NCBI GenBank assembly: GCA_903923795.1
Contig: CAIXYX010000139.1
Location: forward strand, 1 to 52,303
Direction of reading: 5' to 3'
Source of the DNA: an uncultured Candidatus Micrarchaeota archaeon
Lineage (GTDB): Archaea > Micrarchaeota > Micrarchaeia > Anstonellales > Anstonellaceae
Length of the DNA: 52,303 nucleotides
Each line of letters starts with the position of its first letter. Position 1 is the first letter of the stretch. The position numbers were made by a program, and so were the translations under genes. Of this stretch, positions 1 to 8,501 are shown piece after piece. The notes beneath the pieces were generated by a model, which worked only from the letters and a program-made list of their open reading frames with translations, made no database searches and was not told where the DNA came from.

Positions 1-1
1 C

Positions 2-1129
2 ATCTCCACCTACATCGCATCAGGCGCTCCCATTCATGAGACAAGCAACAAGCTCAAGGAGGAGGCAGGCCAAGCCTCGAATATCAAGAGCAAAAGCACG
101 AGGAAAAATGTCACCGATGCGCTCGAGCGCATCATCCACCATCTGAAAGTGTATGGAAATTCGGCGCCTGAATCCGGCATGGCCATATTCTGCGGCAATG
201 TGTCTGACAACCCCGCGCGCACCGACATAGAGCTTTTCACGGTTTTCACGCCCCAGCCCCTCACCATCTCGATGTACAGATGCGACTCGAGATTTTTCCT
301 CGAGCCGCTGGAGCGCATGATCGATGTCAAGGACACATATGGCATCGTGGTGATGGACGGGCGCGAATGCACGCTCGCCACCTTGAGAGGCACCAACATC
401 ACCATTTTACGTCGATTGAATTCGACGGCCCATTCGAAAATTCGTAAAGGTGGACAATCGGCCCGCCGTTTCGAGCGACTCATCGAGGAGTCAATAGAAT
501 ACTATTACAAGCGCATCGGCGAGGCCATGGACCAGTATTGGGCCAACGGCGGCACAAAGGGCGTGCTTGTCGGCGGGCCGGGGCCGGCGAAAGAGGATTT
601 TGTGAAGATGAGCCCGTTCAATTACCAGATAAAGATTCTTGGCAGCACCATCGACACAGGTTACACCGACGAGCAGGGCTGCCGCGAGGTCATGGCCAAA
701 TGCGGGGACATCATCCATGCACAGGAGGCTTTCCGCGAGAAGCAGCTCATAGACAGATTCATCAAGGAAGTTGTGTCCGGGGGCTTGGCGATTTACGGCG
801 AAGCGAATGTGCGCGCTGCGCTCGAATCAAAACAGGCCGGCACGCTGCTCATCTCCGAAGGATTGAAGTGGAAACGCTACCATGTGCGCGTGGGCGGGCA
901 GAATGGCGAGGAGAGGCACATCAATAAACGGGCCGAGGAGGACCCGCCGAAAAACACGGCGGAGGGGGAGAGCATCTCAGTTCTGTCGGTGACGGATTTG
1001 GCCGATGACCTCATCGAGCTGGCGGATTCGGCCGGCGTGAAGACGGAAATAATTTCAACTGACACGAGCGAGGGCGCGCAATTCTATCAGTCTTTTTATG
1101 GAATAGGAGCTTTCTTGAGATACAAATAG
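2..1129 (+). CDS. prf1: Peptide chain release factor aRF1 (5' end outside the window)
   Basis: Frame is open from position 2 (ISTYIASG...ASNIKSKSTRKNV). It carries the NIKS, YxCxxxF (YRCDSRF) and GGQS motifs and ends GIGAFLRYK. Confidence 0.97.
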   Translation: MSTYIASGAPIHETSNKLKEEAGQASNIKSKSTRKNVTDALERIIHHLKVYGNSAPESGMAIFCGNVSDNPARTDIELFTVFTPQPLTISMYRCDSRFFLEPLERMIDVKDTYGIVVMDGRECTLATLRGTNITILRRLNSTAHSKIRKGGQSARRFERLIEESIEYYYKRIGEAMDQYWANGGTKGVLVGGPGPAKEDFVKMSPFNYQIKILGSTIDTGYTDEQGCREVMAKCGDIIHAQEAFREKQLIDRFIKEVVSGGLAIYGEANVRAALESKQAGTLLISEGLKWKRYHVRVGGQNGEERHINKRAEEDPPKNTAEGESISVLSVTDLADDLIELADSAGVKTEIISTDTSEGAQFYQSFYGIGAFLRYK

Positions 1130-1200
1130 AGACAAATATAACGAAAAACAAAAACAACAAATGAAAAAATCAGAATGCTATTTTTCTGTCACGCGATTCT

Positions 1201-1806
1201 TCAGCCACCAACAGCCCGAATCGAGCATGAGGATGCGTTCGATTTCGAGCTGATGAGCACTTCAATATAGTTCGGGTGGAAGATGTAGTCCCCGCTGCCA
1301 GCGCCCGAATGCACGTAGATGTATGGCCTGTCCCGCATCGCGTAGAGGGCGTCGGAGAACGGGACGCTCTTGTTCGAGACAGTCGGAGTGGAATTCGGGA
1401 GGCCGAACTGATACATGCTCGAGAGGCATCCGGATTCGTCGCAGAAATAGGCGAGGAGCTCCTTGTCGCTCGAATTCGCGTAGAAGGGGGAACTGATGTA
1501 ATTCACCCCGCACTGCATGATGACCTGGCGCGCGTCCGAGCTCGGCGCGCCGCGCACGTCGACGAGTATGCCGTTTTTCGAGGTGTTGTAGAGCAGTCTG
1601 GAGAATGCGGTCTGGTCCGCGCTGCCCGAACCGGCAGGGAAGAGCAGGAGGCCCAGTATTGCGGCGAGGAGCACTGCTCCGCCGATGAGCGAGGCTTTCT
1701 GCTGCAAGCTGAGGCCCGATGACGGCTTTGCACCAGAGGCAGATTTTCCGCCCGCTTTTGGCTCGGCGCTTTTTGTCTCGGACACCTTTCTCTCTTCCTT
1801 TGCCAT
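1201..1806 (-). CDS. Membrane-anchored hypothetical protein (single N-terminal TM, Cys-containing extracellular domain)
   Basis: Likely start MAKEERK at 1806 after a GGTG SD-like motif. Charged N-terminus, hydrophobic helix LIGGAVLLAAILGLLLF. Confidence 0.75.
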   Translation of the reverse strand: MAKEERKVSETKSAEPKAGGKSASGAKPSSGLSLQQKASLIGGAVLLAAILGLLLFPAGSGSADQTAFSRLLYNTSKNGILVDVRGAPSSDARQVIMQCGVNYISSPFYANSSDKELLAYFCDESGCLSSMYQFGLPNSTPTVSNKSVPFSDALYAMRDRPYIYVHSGAGSGDYIFHPNYIEVLISSKSNASSCSIRAVGG

Positions 1807-1819
1807 AAACACACCTGTT

Positions 1820-3910
1820 TCAGTTGAGAGCGTCGCCGACATCGCAGCGCGTGTAATATGCCGCGTCGCCCCACAGGTCGGCCTGCTTCTGGTACACCAC
1901 ACTAAAGTGCGGGGCTGTGGCTGTCTTGTTGTAATGCAGCACGAAAACAGGCAAATCCACGACCTTGTCAAAGCATTGGGCGGCGGTGAGGTTGCTTGCT
2001 GTGCCGAACGTGCAGTTGCGGCCCGAGATGTAGAAGATTGTCACGGTCTTGTTCCAGTGCGCCTTCACCTGCCCCGTGATGTTCGCGGCGCAGGACGACA
2101 TGGCGGTGAGCGCGTCTGCCGGCGCGCCTGATTTGTCGAGCGCGATATATGTTGTGGAGGACGAGGCGATGACGTCGGTGAAATCGCCGAACGAGGCTGT
2201 CTGCGCGTTCTGTGTCATGACGACATAGAGGCCCACCGAGCCAAGCCCGAGGCCGAAGAGCAGCACGAATAGCATGGCTGTCCACACGCCGAGCATCGCC
2301 CTGCTTCTAAAGAGCGGCTTGAAGTAGAGCAAAAGGCCGATGAACACCACGAGGATGACGGAGGCCAGCGCGAGGTCGGAGAGCAGCAGGACTGCGGGCG
2401 GAATCAGCGGCGCCATCTGCGAGCGCGTTGCGGAGGGCATGGGCACAAGGGCTGCCGTGAGCGAGAACACCCCGTCCACGGATGTCTGGCTGAATGCGCG
2501 GCCTGCCTGCGCGATGAGATCGCCCTTCACCGGGCCTGTGCCAAGAGTGGCGGCATCATTGATGAGGGCATTGTACGCCGCCGTCAGGTTCGCATATTGC
2601 GCCGTGGTCATCGGAGGCACGAACGTCTTGTCGAGCGCGAGCCTCCGCGACACCAGCTGCCCGTACGCCGTGACGGCCGCCTTGTCCTCGGGGCGGATGC
2701 GCCACGAGGCCGCGATGAGCGCGTCGCCGGCGTGATTCTGCGCAGTCAGCGCGTCGTTGTAGGGCTTGCTGCCCGCGGCCACCGCAGGCGTGATGGTGGG
2801 GACGAGGCTCTCGATGCGGGAGTAGTCGGAATCAACGTTGTCGAAGCTGCGGGTTGCTATGCGGTTGTCCATGGCGCTCCACAGAGACAAAAATGATGAA
2901 AGCGATGCGGTGAAATTCGAGTCCTTGTTGAACGAGGCCACCACCGAGGCGTTGTCGCGCAAAGACTGGTATTTGGATTTGAATGCGCTCCATTTCGGGC
3001 CCCACACGTCGGCGAGGGCCGCGGACTTCGCGTAATTCTCGCGGCTGGCCGTGGACTGCACTATCTGCGCCGACACGGTGTCGATGGAGGGCGCGGCGGT
3101 GAAGCGGGAGGCGAAGCCGTCGGCCAACGACACGGCGGAGTCAAGAGATGAGTTGTCGAAATTGTAGGCAGGGCATATGCCCATGCAGTCGAGGGTGGGG
3201 CACTGCGTGCGGGTTGCGAACCTCAGTTTGGATTTCGAGATGTTCGTGGCTGCAGATTTGATGGCTGCGAGGTCGGATTTGAGCTGCGCGAGCTGCGCGG
3301 CGGCGTTTGAGAGGGTGATGGAATTCGATATGCTCATTGCGTCGGGAACTTTGGCCTTCAGCGTGTTTATCGAGAGCGCGTAATCGAGCAGGAAGGGCGA
3401 GATCATCTCGGGCGAGCAGCTGCCCACCTCGTACCTGGCGCAGAGCATGACGGCGGTCGTCGTGCAGGTGCCGCTCGTATTGCATGGCACGGATTTGAGG
3501 TTTGTGTAGAGCATGCAGGTGTCTTCGATGCCCATCACATAGGTTTTTTGCGCGGCGTCAATCTTGGCGTTGCGGCTGGCGTTGAACGCGAGGAGGTCGG
3601 TCCGAAACGTTGCCAAATCAGAATCAGATGGCAGGAGGGTGTGGGTGTAATGCTCGCTCAATACGGCGCTAATAGCCGTCCCGTCGCTCAATGGTATGCC
3701 GCTCGCGGTGAGTATGGACGGTATGCCGCCGATGGTGTAGAGGGTGTAATTCACGCCGCTGGACGAATACAGCGGGGTGATGACGACCGCGGAGGCCGAC
3801 TCGCCGTCGAAGAGATGGGCGCTAAGGTTGAATTCGGCCCTGCACGCGAGGGCGAACACCAGCAGGAGGATTACGGGCAGGATTGGTCGCATGACCAGAT
3901 TAGGGGCCAT
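1820..3910 (-). CDS. Secreted/membrane hypothetical protein with Cys-rich helical ectodomain and two TM helices
   Basis: ~696-aa ORF with a signal peptide (ILPVILLLVFALACRA), multiple Cys and N-x-S/T sequons, and two TM segments before a C-terminal domain. Co-oriented downstream of the S-layer gene. Confidence 0.8.
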   Translation of the reverse strand: MAPNLVMRPILPVILLLVFALACRAEFNLSAHLFDGESASAVVITPLYSSSGVNYTLYTIGGIPSILTASGIPLSDGTAISAVLSEHYTHTLLPSDSDLATFRTDLLAFNASRNAKIDAAQKTYVMGIEDTCMLYTNLKSVPCNTSGTCTTTAVMLCARYEVGSCSPEMISPFLLDYALSINTLKAKVPDAMSISNSITLSNAAAQLAQLKSDLAAIKSAATNISKSKLRFATRTQCPTLDCMGICPAYNFDNSSLDSAVSLADGFASRFTAAPSIDTVSAQIVQSTASRENYAKSAALADVWGPKWSAFKSKYQSLRDNASVVASFNKDSNFTASLSSFLSLWSAMDNRIATRSFDNVDSDYSRIESLVPTITPAVAAGSKPYNDALTAQNHAGDALIAASWRIRPEDKAAVTAYGQLVSRRLALDKTFVPPMTTAQYANLTAAYNALINDAATLGTGPVKGDLIAQAGRAFSQTSVDGVFSLTAALVPMPSATRSQMAPLIPPAVLLLSDLALASVILVVFIGLLLYFKPLFRSRAMLGVWTAMLFVLLFGLGLGSVGLYVVMTQNAQTASFGDFTDVIASSSTTYIALDKSGAPADALTAMSSCAANITGQVKAHWNKTVTIFYISGRNCTFGTASNLTAAQCFDKVVDLPVFVLHYNKTATAPHFSVVYQKQADLWGDAAYYTRCDVGDALN

Positions 3911-4032
3911 CAGGATTAAAAATGATTGGCCGAACACGTCTGGAAAATTCTGATTCTATGCTTCATGATTCTGTGATTCATGTTTCATTTTCTAAAAGGA
4001 GTTTTTGAAAAAATAGAAAATTAAAAGGGGGA

Positions 4033-4054
4033 CGGGGGGCCTCGCGGCCCCCCG
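4033..4054 (-). terminator. GC hairpin plus T-tract terminator of the S-layer gene
   Basis: Perfect 9-bp stem CGGGGGGCC/GGCCCCCCG with a GCGA loop on the minus strand, 20 nt after the stop, followed by T-rich tracts. Confidence 0.7.
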
Positions 4055-4073
4055 ATAGAGTTCTTCGCGCGAC

Positions 4074-6950
4074 TTACTGGGTCTTGAGCGCCGCGATGAA
4101 AGCGTTGGCCGCTGTCATCGTGTTGTCGGCTGTAAGGCCGGCTACGACGATCTTGTTGCCCACGACTTTAACCACCACGTTCTGCTGGTTGAAGTCGATG
4201 TTGGCGTCGCCCGTCTGGGCCGCCTGCGCAGTCACCGTGTTCACAGCCGAACCACCGACCGTGATCAGTGTGCCGCTCACGCCGGCCGCGTCAGAGTCCT
4301 TGATGACCATCTTCAGGTCGCCCGTGTAGGGTGTAAGGACGCTGGTCACGGCAGGGTCTGCGACCGCTGTCATGGTGCCCGCTGTTGCGGTGCATGTGGG
4401 GGCGCCGGAGCCGCTCGCGGTGCAGGAACCAACCGTCTGGTCGATTTTCTTCACCTTGAGCACTATTCCGTTGCCCACTGTGCGCGTGTCGCCTTCCTTG
4501 GCGGTCCACGTCTCGGTGTTCTCCTGCCCGACAGCCGTGCTGGCTGCCGTGAAGGTGAACTTGGCGTTGGCGATTTTCTTTGCCGACGAGATGGACACCG
4601 ACTTGAGGCTGACATCAGTCACCTTCGAGCCGCGTTCCGTGTACAACGGAAGCTCGTAGCCAGAGGACTGGGCGCGGAGCACTGAGGGCGTTACGTCTCC
4701 ACTCAGGTTAAGGGCGTTGTAGAACGCCACCGAGGTGGAGCTGTCCGTGCTCTTGAACTGCCAGTCACCAGTCGCAGCTGCGGTTGTGATGTTCTGCACG
4801 GGGATGCGGATCATTTCGAAGTGGTGCGCGGTGCTGTTCAGCTGTCCGGCATCCTCCTGTATCACGATCTCGCCGATTGCTCCCGTGATGTTGGCGCTGT
4901 ACACGCCAAGGTAGGTCGCGTTGAATGCATTGCGTCCGTCAAAGTAGAACTGCATCATGCCGAACGCGGGTGAGCTCGAAGCGTCGCCCACTGTGTCGTA
5001 TGCAATTGTACCGTTTGTCGTGGCCGAATAGCTCAACACTCCCATTCCGGCGTTCTGGCCGGGGGTCGTGGTGAAGTTGGCCACCTTGAGGTATCTGCAT
5101 CCTTGCGGCTTCCAGAATATCTGGCTCTGGGTGTTGTTGTTGGCAGCGCTCACGTTTATGAAAACGTTGGGCTGCGTCTGGGTCGCTGCGCCTCCCGTCA
5201 TGGTGAAGTTGCCCATGGGGTCGATGTAGAACTCCTTGACGCGGTCAGTGCCGAGCAGGTTCGAGGTTGCGCCACCGAACGCATTGGCGTTGCTGGAGCT
5301 GACCTTGAGGAAACTGCCCGCATATGTCGCGTTGGGGCTGCTACAGTCGGCTGTGGTGCCGATTGTGAGCTGCTCCGAGGGGTCCGAGGCGATGGTCAAT
5401 GACTCGTAGTCGTCCTTGGTGAGGTCGAGGCCGTTGTATGTGAAACGGTAGACCGGGTTCTCCTTGGGGAACACGAGTGAGTCGGTTGCCTTCATGCGGT
5501 CTTCGCCCATGTATTCCTTGACATTGTCCACATAGAGGACAATCTCACGGAGTGAGTTGGGCTGGCCGTTCGTCGAGCTGGCATCGCGGGTCTTCCACAG
5601 CAATGAGGCGTATATGTTGCCCCAGTTCTCGTCTGTGTTGCTGTATACGGTCGGGTTGTACACCGCGCCGTCCTGCAATGTTATCTCGTCGGTGTAGATC
5701 GCGATCTCGGCCCACTTGGCGGCGAGTGTGATACCACCGGCCGTCTGGTAGACGTGGATCTTGATCTTCTGGTTGTTGCCAGCATTGTAGGTCGAAGTCT
5801 CTCCGACGCTGACCTTGATGTTGTCGATCACTACGCCGTTGGAGTCGAGCACATCGAGGATGGCAGGGTGGGCGTTGCCCGAACCTTCCGCCATCGAAAT
5901 GTCTGAGAGGCGGATCTTGAGGGTTCCGGCATCGATCGTGTCGCCGATCGAGATGATCTTGTCGTCAGCCTCCTTGGCCAGCTTGATCTGTCCTCCGGCA
6001 ATGACTGGGCCGGTGGTGTTCAGCTGGTTGGCTGCGACTGTTCCGTCTGGAGGTGTCATCCCAGAGATGACCCAGTCGGCTCCCAGGAAGTTGATCTTGA
6101 GGCGGTGGCGCACCGTTGCGTCGGTGTTCGTGTCACTGCCTGCGCAGTAGGCCCACAAGCCGGACGAGTTTGTCGCCGTGCATACGGGGATACCGAAGTT
6201 GTTGCCCAAAAAGCGGATGCTGTACGCCAATGAGTTGGGGCGGGCGATGACCTGCCGATATGCGGCGCCATTGTCGTAATAGACACCGTTGGCGGGGGCA
6301 CCTGTGCCCACCCAGAATGCGATCTCCTGCGGATATGTGTTGCCGCCGGTCTTGGACTCCTTCGCATCAGCCACCTGGAAGCCGTTGAATTGGCTCGCGC
6401 CAATCATGTAGAGGTTGGCTCCGTGTGCGTTCGTTCCGTTGAATCCGGATACGCCGCGCAGGGGTGAGGGGATGTTCGAGGTTGTGTCCGATGTGCTGAC
6501 GTCGTTGGTGTAGTTGTCTGCACCAAGAGTGTTCATACGATTGCCCGGAGTCTTGTCGATCGTGTCTGTGATCAGGGTCGTGAACTGGTGGGCATTCGCC
6601 AACTGTCCCGGGACCGTGATCTCGATCGTTACTTTCTTGTCAGACACTTCACAAGAGCCTGCAGCGCTGCCTGTTCCACCGCTCACTGTGCAAGCGGGTG
6701 TTCCCGACAAGCGCACGTTGAGGTTCTGGCGGGCATAGGCCTGCTGCGCGATGGCTGACGCGATGTTCGCCGCGGCGATGCCATCCGAGACACCGGCGCC
6801 TGCGCCGACCACGATCTTCGCCACCGGCTGGCCGTTCTCTTCGACCAGTTTGGTGTTCTCATAGTACAGAGTCGCTGCCGAAACTGCCGTGGAGCCGATG
6901 AAGGCCGCCGCGATCAGTGTCGTCGCGAGTCTTGATTTCCATCCTTTCAT
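4074..6950 (-). CDS. S-layer protein (Methanococcales/Thermococcales-type N- and C-terminal domains)
   Basis: Signal peptide, then KIVVGAGAGVSDGIAAANIA (S-layer N-terminal motif). C-terminal LITVGGSAVNTVT...KIVVAG motif, many sequons, SD AGGTGA. Confidence 0.88.
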   Translation of the reverse strand: MKGWKSRLATTLIAAAFIGSTAVSAATLYYENTKLVEENGQPVAKIVVGAGAGVSDGIAAANIASAIAQQAYARQNLNVRLSGTPACTVSGGTGSAAGSCEVSDKKVTIEITVPGQLANAHQFTTLITDTIDKTPGNRMNTLGADNYTNDVSTSDTTSNIPSPLRGVSGFNGTNAHGANLYMIGASQFNGFQVADAKESKTGGNTYPQEIAFWVGTGAPANGVYYDNGAAYRQVIARPNSLAYSIRFLGNNFGIPVCTATNSSGLWAYCAGSDTNTDATVRHRLKINFLGADWVISGMTPPDGTVAANQLNTTGPVIAGGQIKLAKEADDKIISIGDTIDAGTLKIRLSDISMAEGSGNAHPAILDVLDSNGVVIDNIKVSVGETSTYNAGNNQKIKIHVYQTAGGITLAAKWAEIAIYTDEITLQDGAVYNPTVYSNTDENWGNIYASLLWKTRDASSTNGQPNSLREIVLYVDNVKEYMGEDRMKATDSLVFPKENPVYRFTYNGLDLTKDDYESLTIASDPSEQLTIGTTADCSSPNATYAGSFLKVSSSNANAFGGATSNLLGTDRVKEFYIDPMGNFTMTGGAATQTQPNVFINVSAANNNTQSQIFWKPQGCRYLKVANFTTTPGQNAGMGVLSYSATTNGTIAYDTVGDASSSPAFGMMQFYFDGRNAFNATYLGVYSANITGAIGEIVIQEDAGQLNSTAHHFEMIRIPVQNITTAAATGDWQFKSTDSSTSVAFYNALNLSGDVTPSVLRAQSSGYELPLYTERGSKVTDVSLKSVSISSAKKIANAKFTFTAASTAVGQENTETWTAKEGDTRTVGNGIVLKVKKIDQTVGSCTASGSGAPTCTATAGTMTAVADPAVTSVLTPYTGDLKMVIKDSDAAGVSGTLITVGGSAVNTVTAQAAQTGDANIDFNQQNVVVKVVGNKIVVAGLTADNTMTAANAFIAALKTQ

Positions 6951-7142
6951 ATCTTCACCTCATTGTTTTTTGGGTGTTTCCGATTTTTCTGTCGCCTATT
7001 TTTCGGGGCACATTTTGGCACGAAGATCATGGCGACAGTTTCATGCCCCATATCTCGTTTGTTTTGTTCTCGTACCCCGCTCCTTGCGGACCTCGGTTAG
7101 ACGATCCGCTCATAGGAACCACTGAGAATGGAAATTCCGAAT

Positions 7143-7156
7143 CTATTTAAACCTTG
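7143..7156 (-). promoter_or_regulatory. Probable BRE/TATA of the S-layer gene
   Basis: Minus strand reads CAAGGTTTAAATAG at the edge of an AT-rich intergenic region. Confidence 0.45.
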
Positions 7157-7515
7157 TGAATTAGTAATAACTTTTGTTTGGAAACTAAACTTATAACTTC
7201 GTCAATCCAAGTAAAAACCTTATGACAGATAACGTATTCGGGTGGTAGATAGACGTAAGATGAAAAATTTCGCGATGCAATTCTTCGAGGTGAAATTTTC
7301 ATTCTCCGAGGTGAGAATTGGCCCGGGAAGAGTTCGACGAACATTTGAACACCAAGTATAAATTTTAGTTTATAATTGAAATTTCCCTATGGAATTTTCT
7401 TTCACGACGATTCTTCGACGCTGGATATATGCATGAGCCCGCGAATGTATATAATATAGGGCATGCGGAGGCCAGATGGGTTGAGTAGGCTATAGCAGAC
7501 ATAATCGAAAATTCT

Positions 7516-7905
7516 TTACGGCACTATCGAATACTCCAGCCTGTTTCCCCTCGAATCATAGGCGACGAGCTGCGCGGGGCCGTAGGGGCGGCAGGCGATG
7601 AGATGCACGCCTCCCTCTTTCGACGCCGAGGCACGGTCGGTGCCCGACTGGCCCGCGCTGCCCGACGGGTGGGAATGAAAAGTGCCCCACGTGTCGAGGC
7701 CGGCGGGCATCATCCACGGCAGAAACATCGCCGAATTCGAATCCACCGAGAGGCCGGGGGGCACGATGAGGCGCGTGAGGAGAAGGACTGCCTCGCCGTT
7801 TTTCTCGCTCCTCTCGCCCTCGAGGAGTCCGAGGAATTCATTCGGGTCGGCCGAACGGGCGGCGGCGAGGCACGCTTCGAGGAGAGAGCGCTTGAGGAGG
7901 AGCAT
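7516..7905 (-). CDS. JAMM/MPN+ (Mov34) metalloprotease
   Basis: N-terminal NEFLGLL glutamate plus an exact H-x-H-x7-S-x2-D motif (HSHPSGSAGQSGTD). Confidence 0.92.
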   Translation of the reverse strand: MLLLKRSLLEACLAAARSADPNEFLGLLEGERSEKNGEAVLLLTRLIVPPGLSVDSNSAMFLPWMMPAGLDTWGTFHSHPSGSAGQSGTDRASASKEGGVHLIACRPYGPAQLVAYDSRGNRLEYSIVP

Positions 7906-8213
7906 GGATTGGATAGAAATGAAAGGGAATAAGAAACAACGCCAAGAAATATTCGGCTATGCTATTTGTCGCACAGCTTGTGCGACTTTTGCATCTGTGC
8001 GACAGCAGAACAGATATTGGTGAATGATTTCATCATATGAAAGAGAAAAAAAAGAACAATTTCATATGGCATAATAAACACCCCTGAGGCAGAATGCGCG
8101 TGTTATGACGTGAAATTCGAGGGTGAGGAAAATAGCGGGGATTGATTTCGGGACAAAAAATGATAGTTTAAAATGATTAGCAATTCTGTGATGCAAACGG
8201 ATGAGGGATAAAT

Positions 8214-8444
8214 ATGCAAACATCTCACAGAGCCCCGGAGGCCGGAACCGTCCTTGACGCCATTAGAGGCAAAGACGGCGGAATGGATGTGTTTGAGATC
8301 GCCTCGGCCTCCCATTGCGATTTGAGGGGATTGCGAGCAGTGCTTGACGGTCTGCAGGAGGATGGCCAGGTGTTCAGCGGACTCAAGAAGGAAGAAGGCG
8401 CGCCGTCGGTATTCAGGCGGCTTTATTTCGTTTCCAGCCGGTAG
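8214..8444 (+). CDS. Small winged-helix DNA-binding protein
   Basis: 76 aa with an HTH-like pattern (VLDAIR..MDVFEIASAS..LRAVLDGLQEDGQV..RLYF). SD GAGG upstream. Confidence 0.6.
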   Translation: MQTSHRAPEAGTVLDAIRGKDGGMDVFEIASASHCDLRGLRAVLDGLQEDGQVFSGLKKEEGAPSVFRRLYFVSSR

Positions 8445-8501
8445 ACTCTCTCTTTGACGTAAGATTTCTCTTTCCCCAAAATGCGCGATTTTGATGAAAA
8501 C

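Noticed and set aside
7100..7500. AT-rich region with TTCC..GGAA words as a possible replication origin
   Set aside because: No repeated full ORB with a G-string and no adjacent orc1/cdc6; it is explained as S-layer promoter region.
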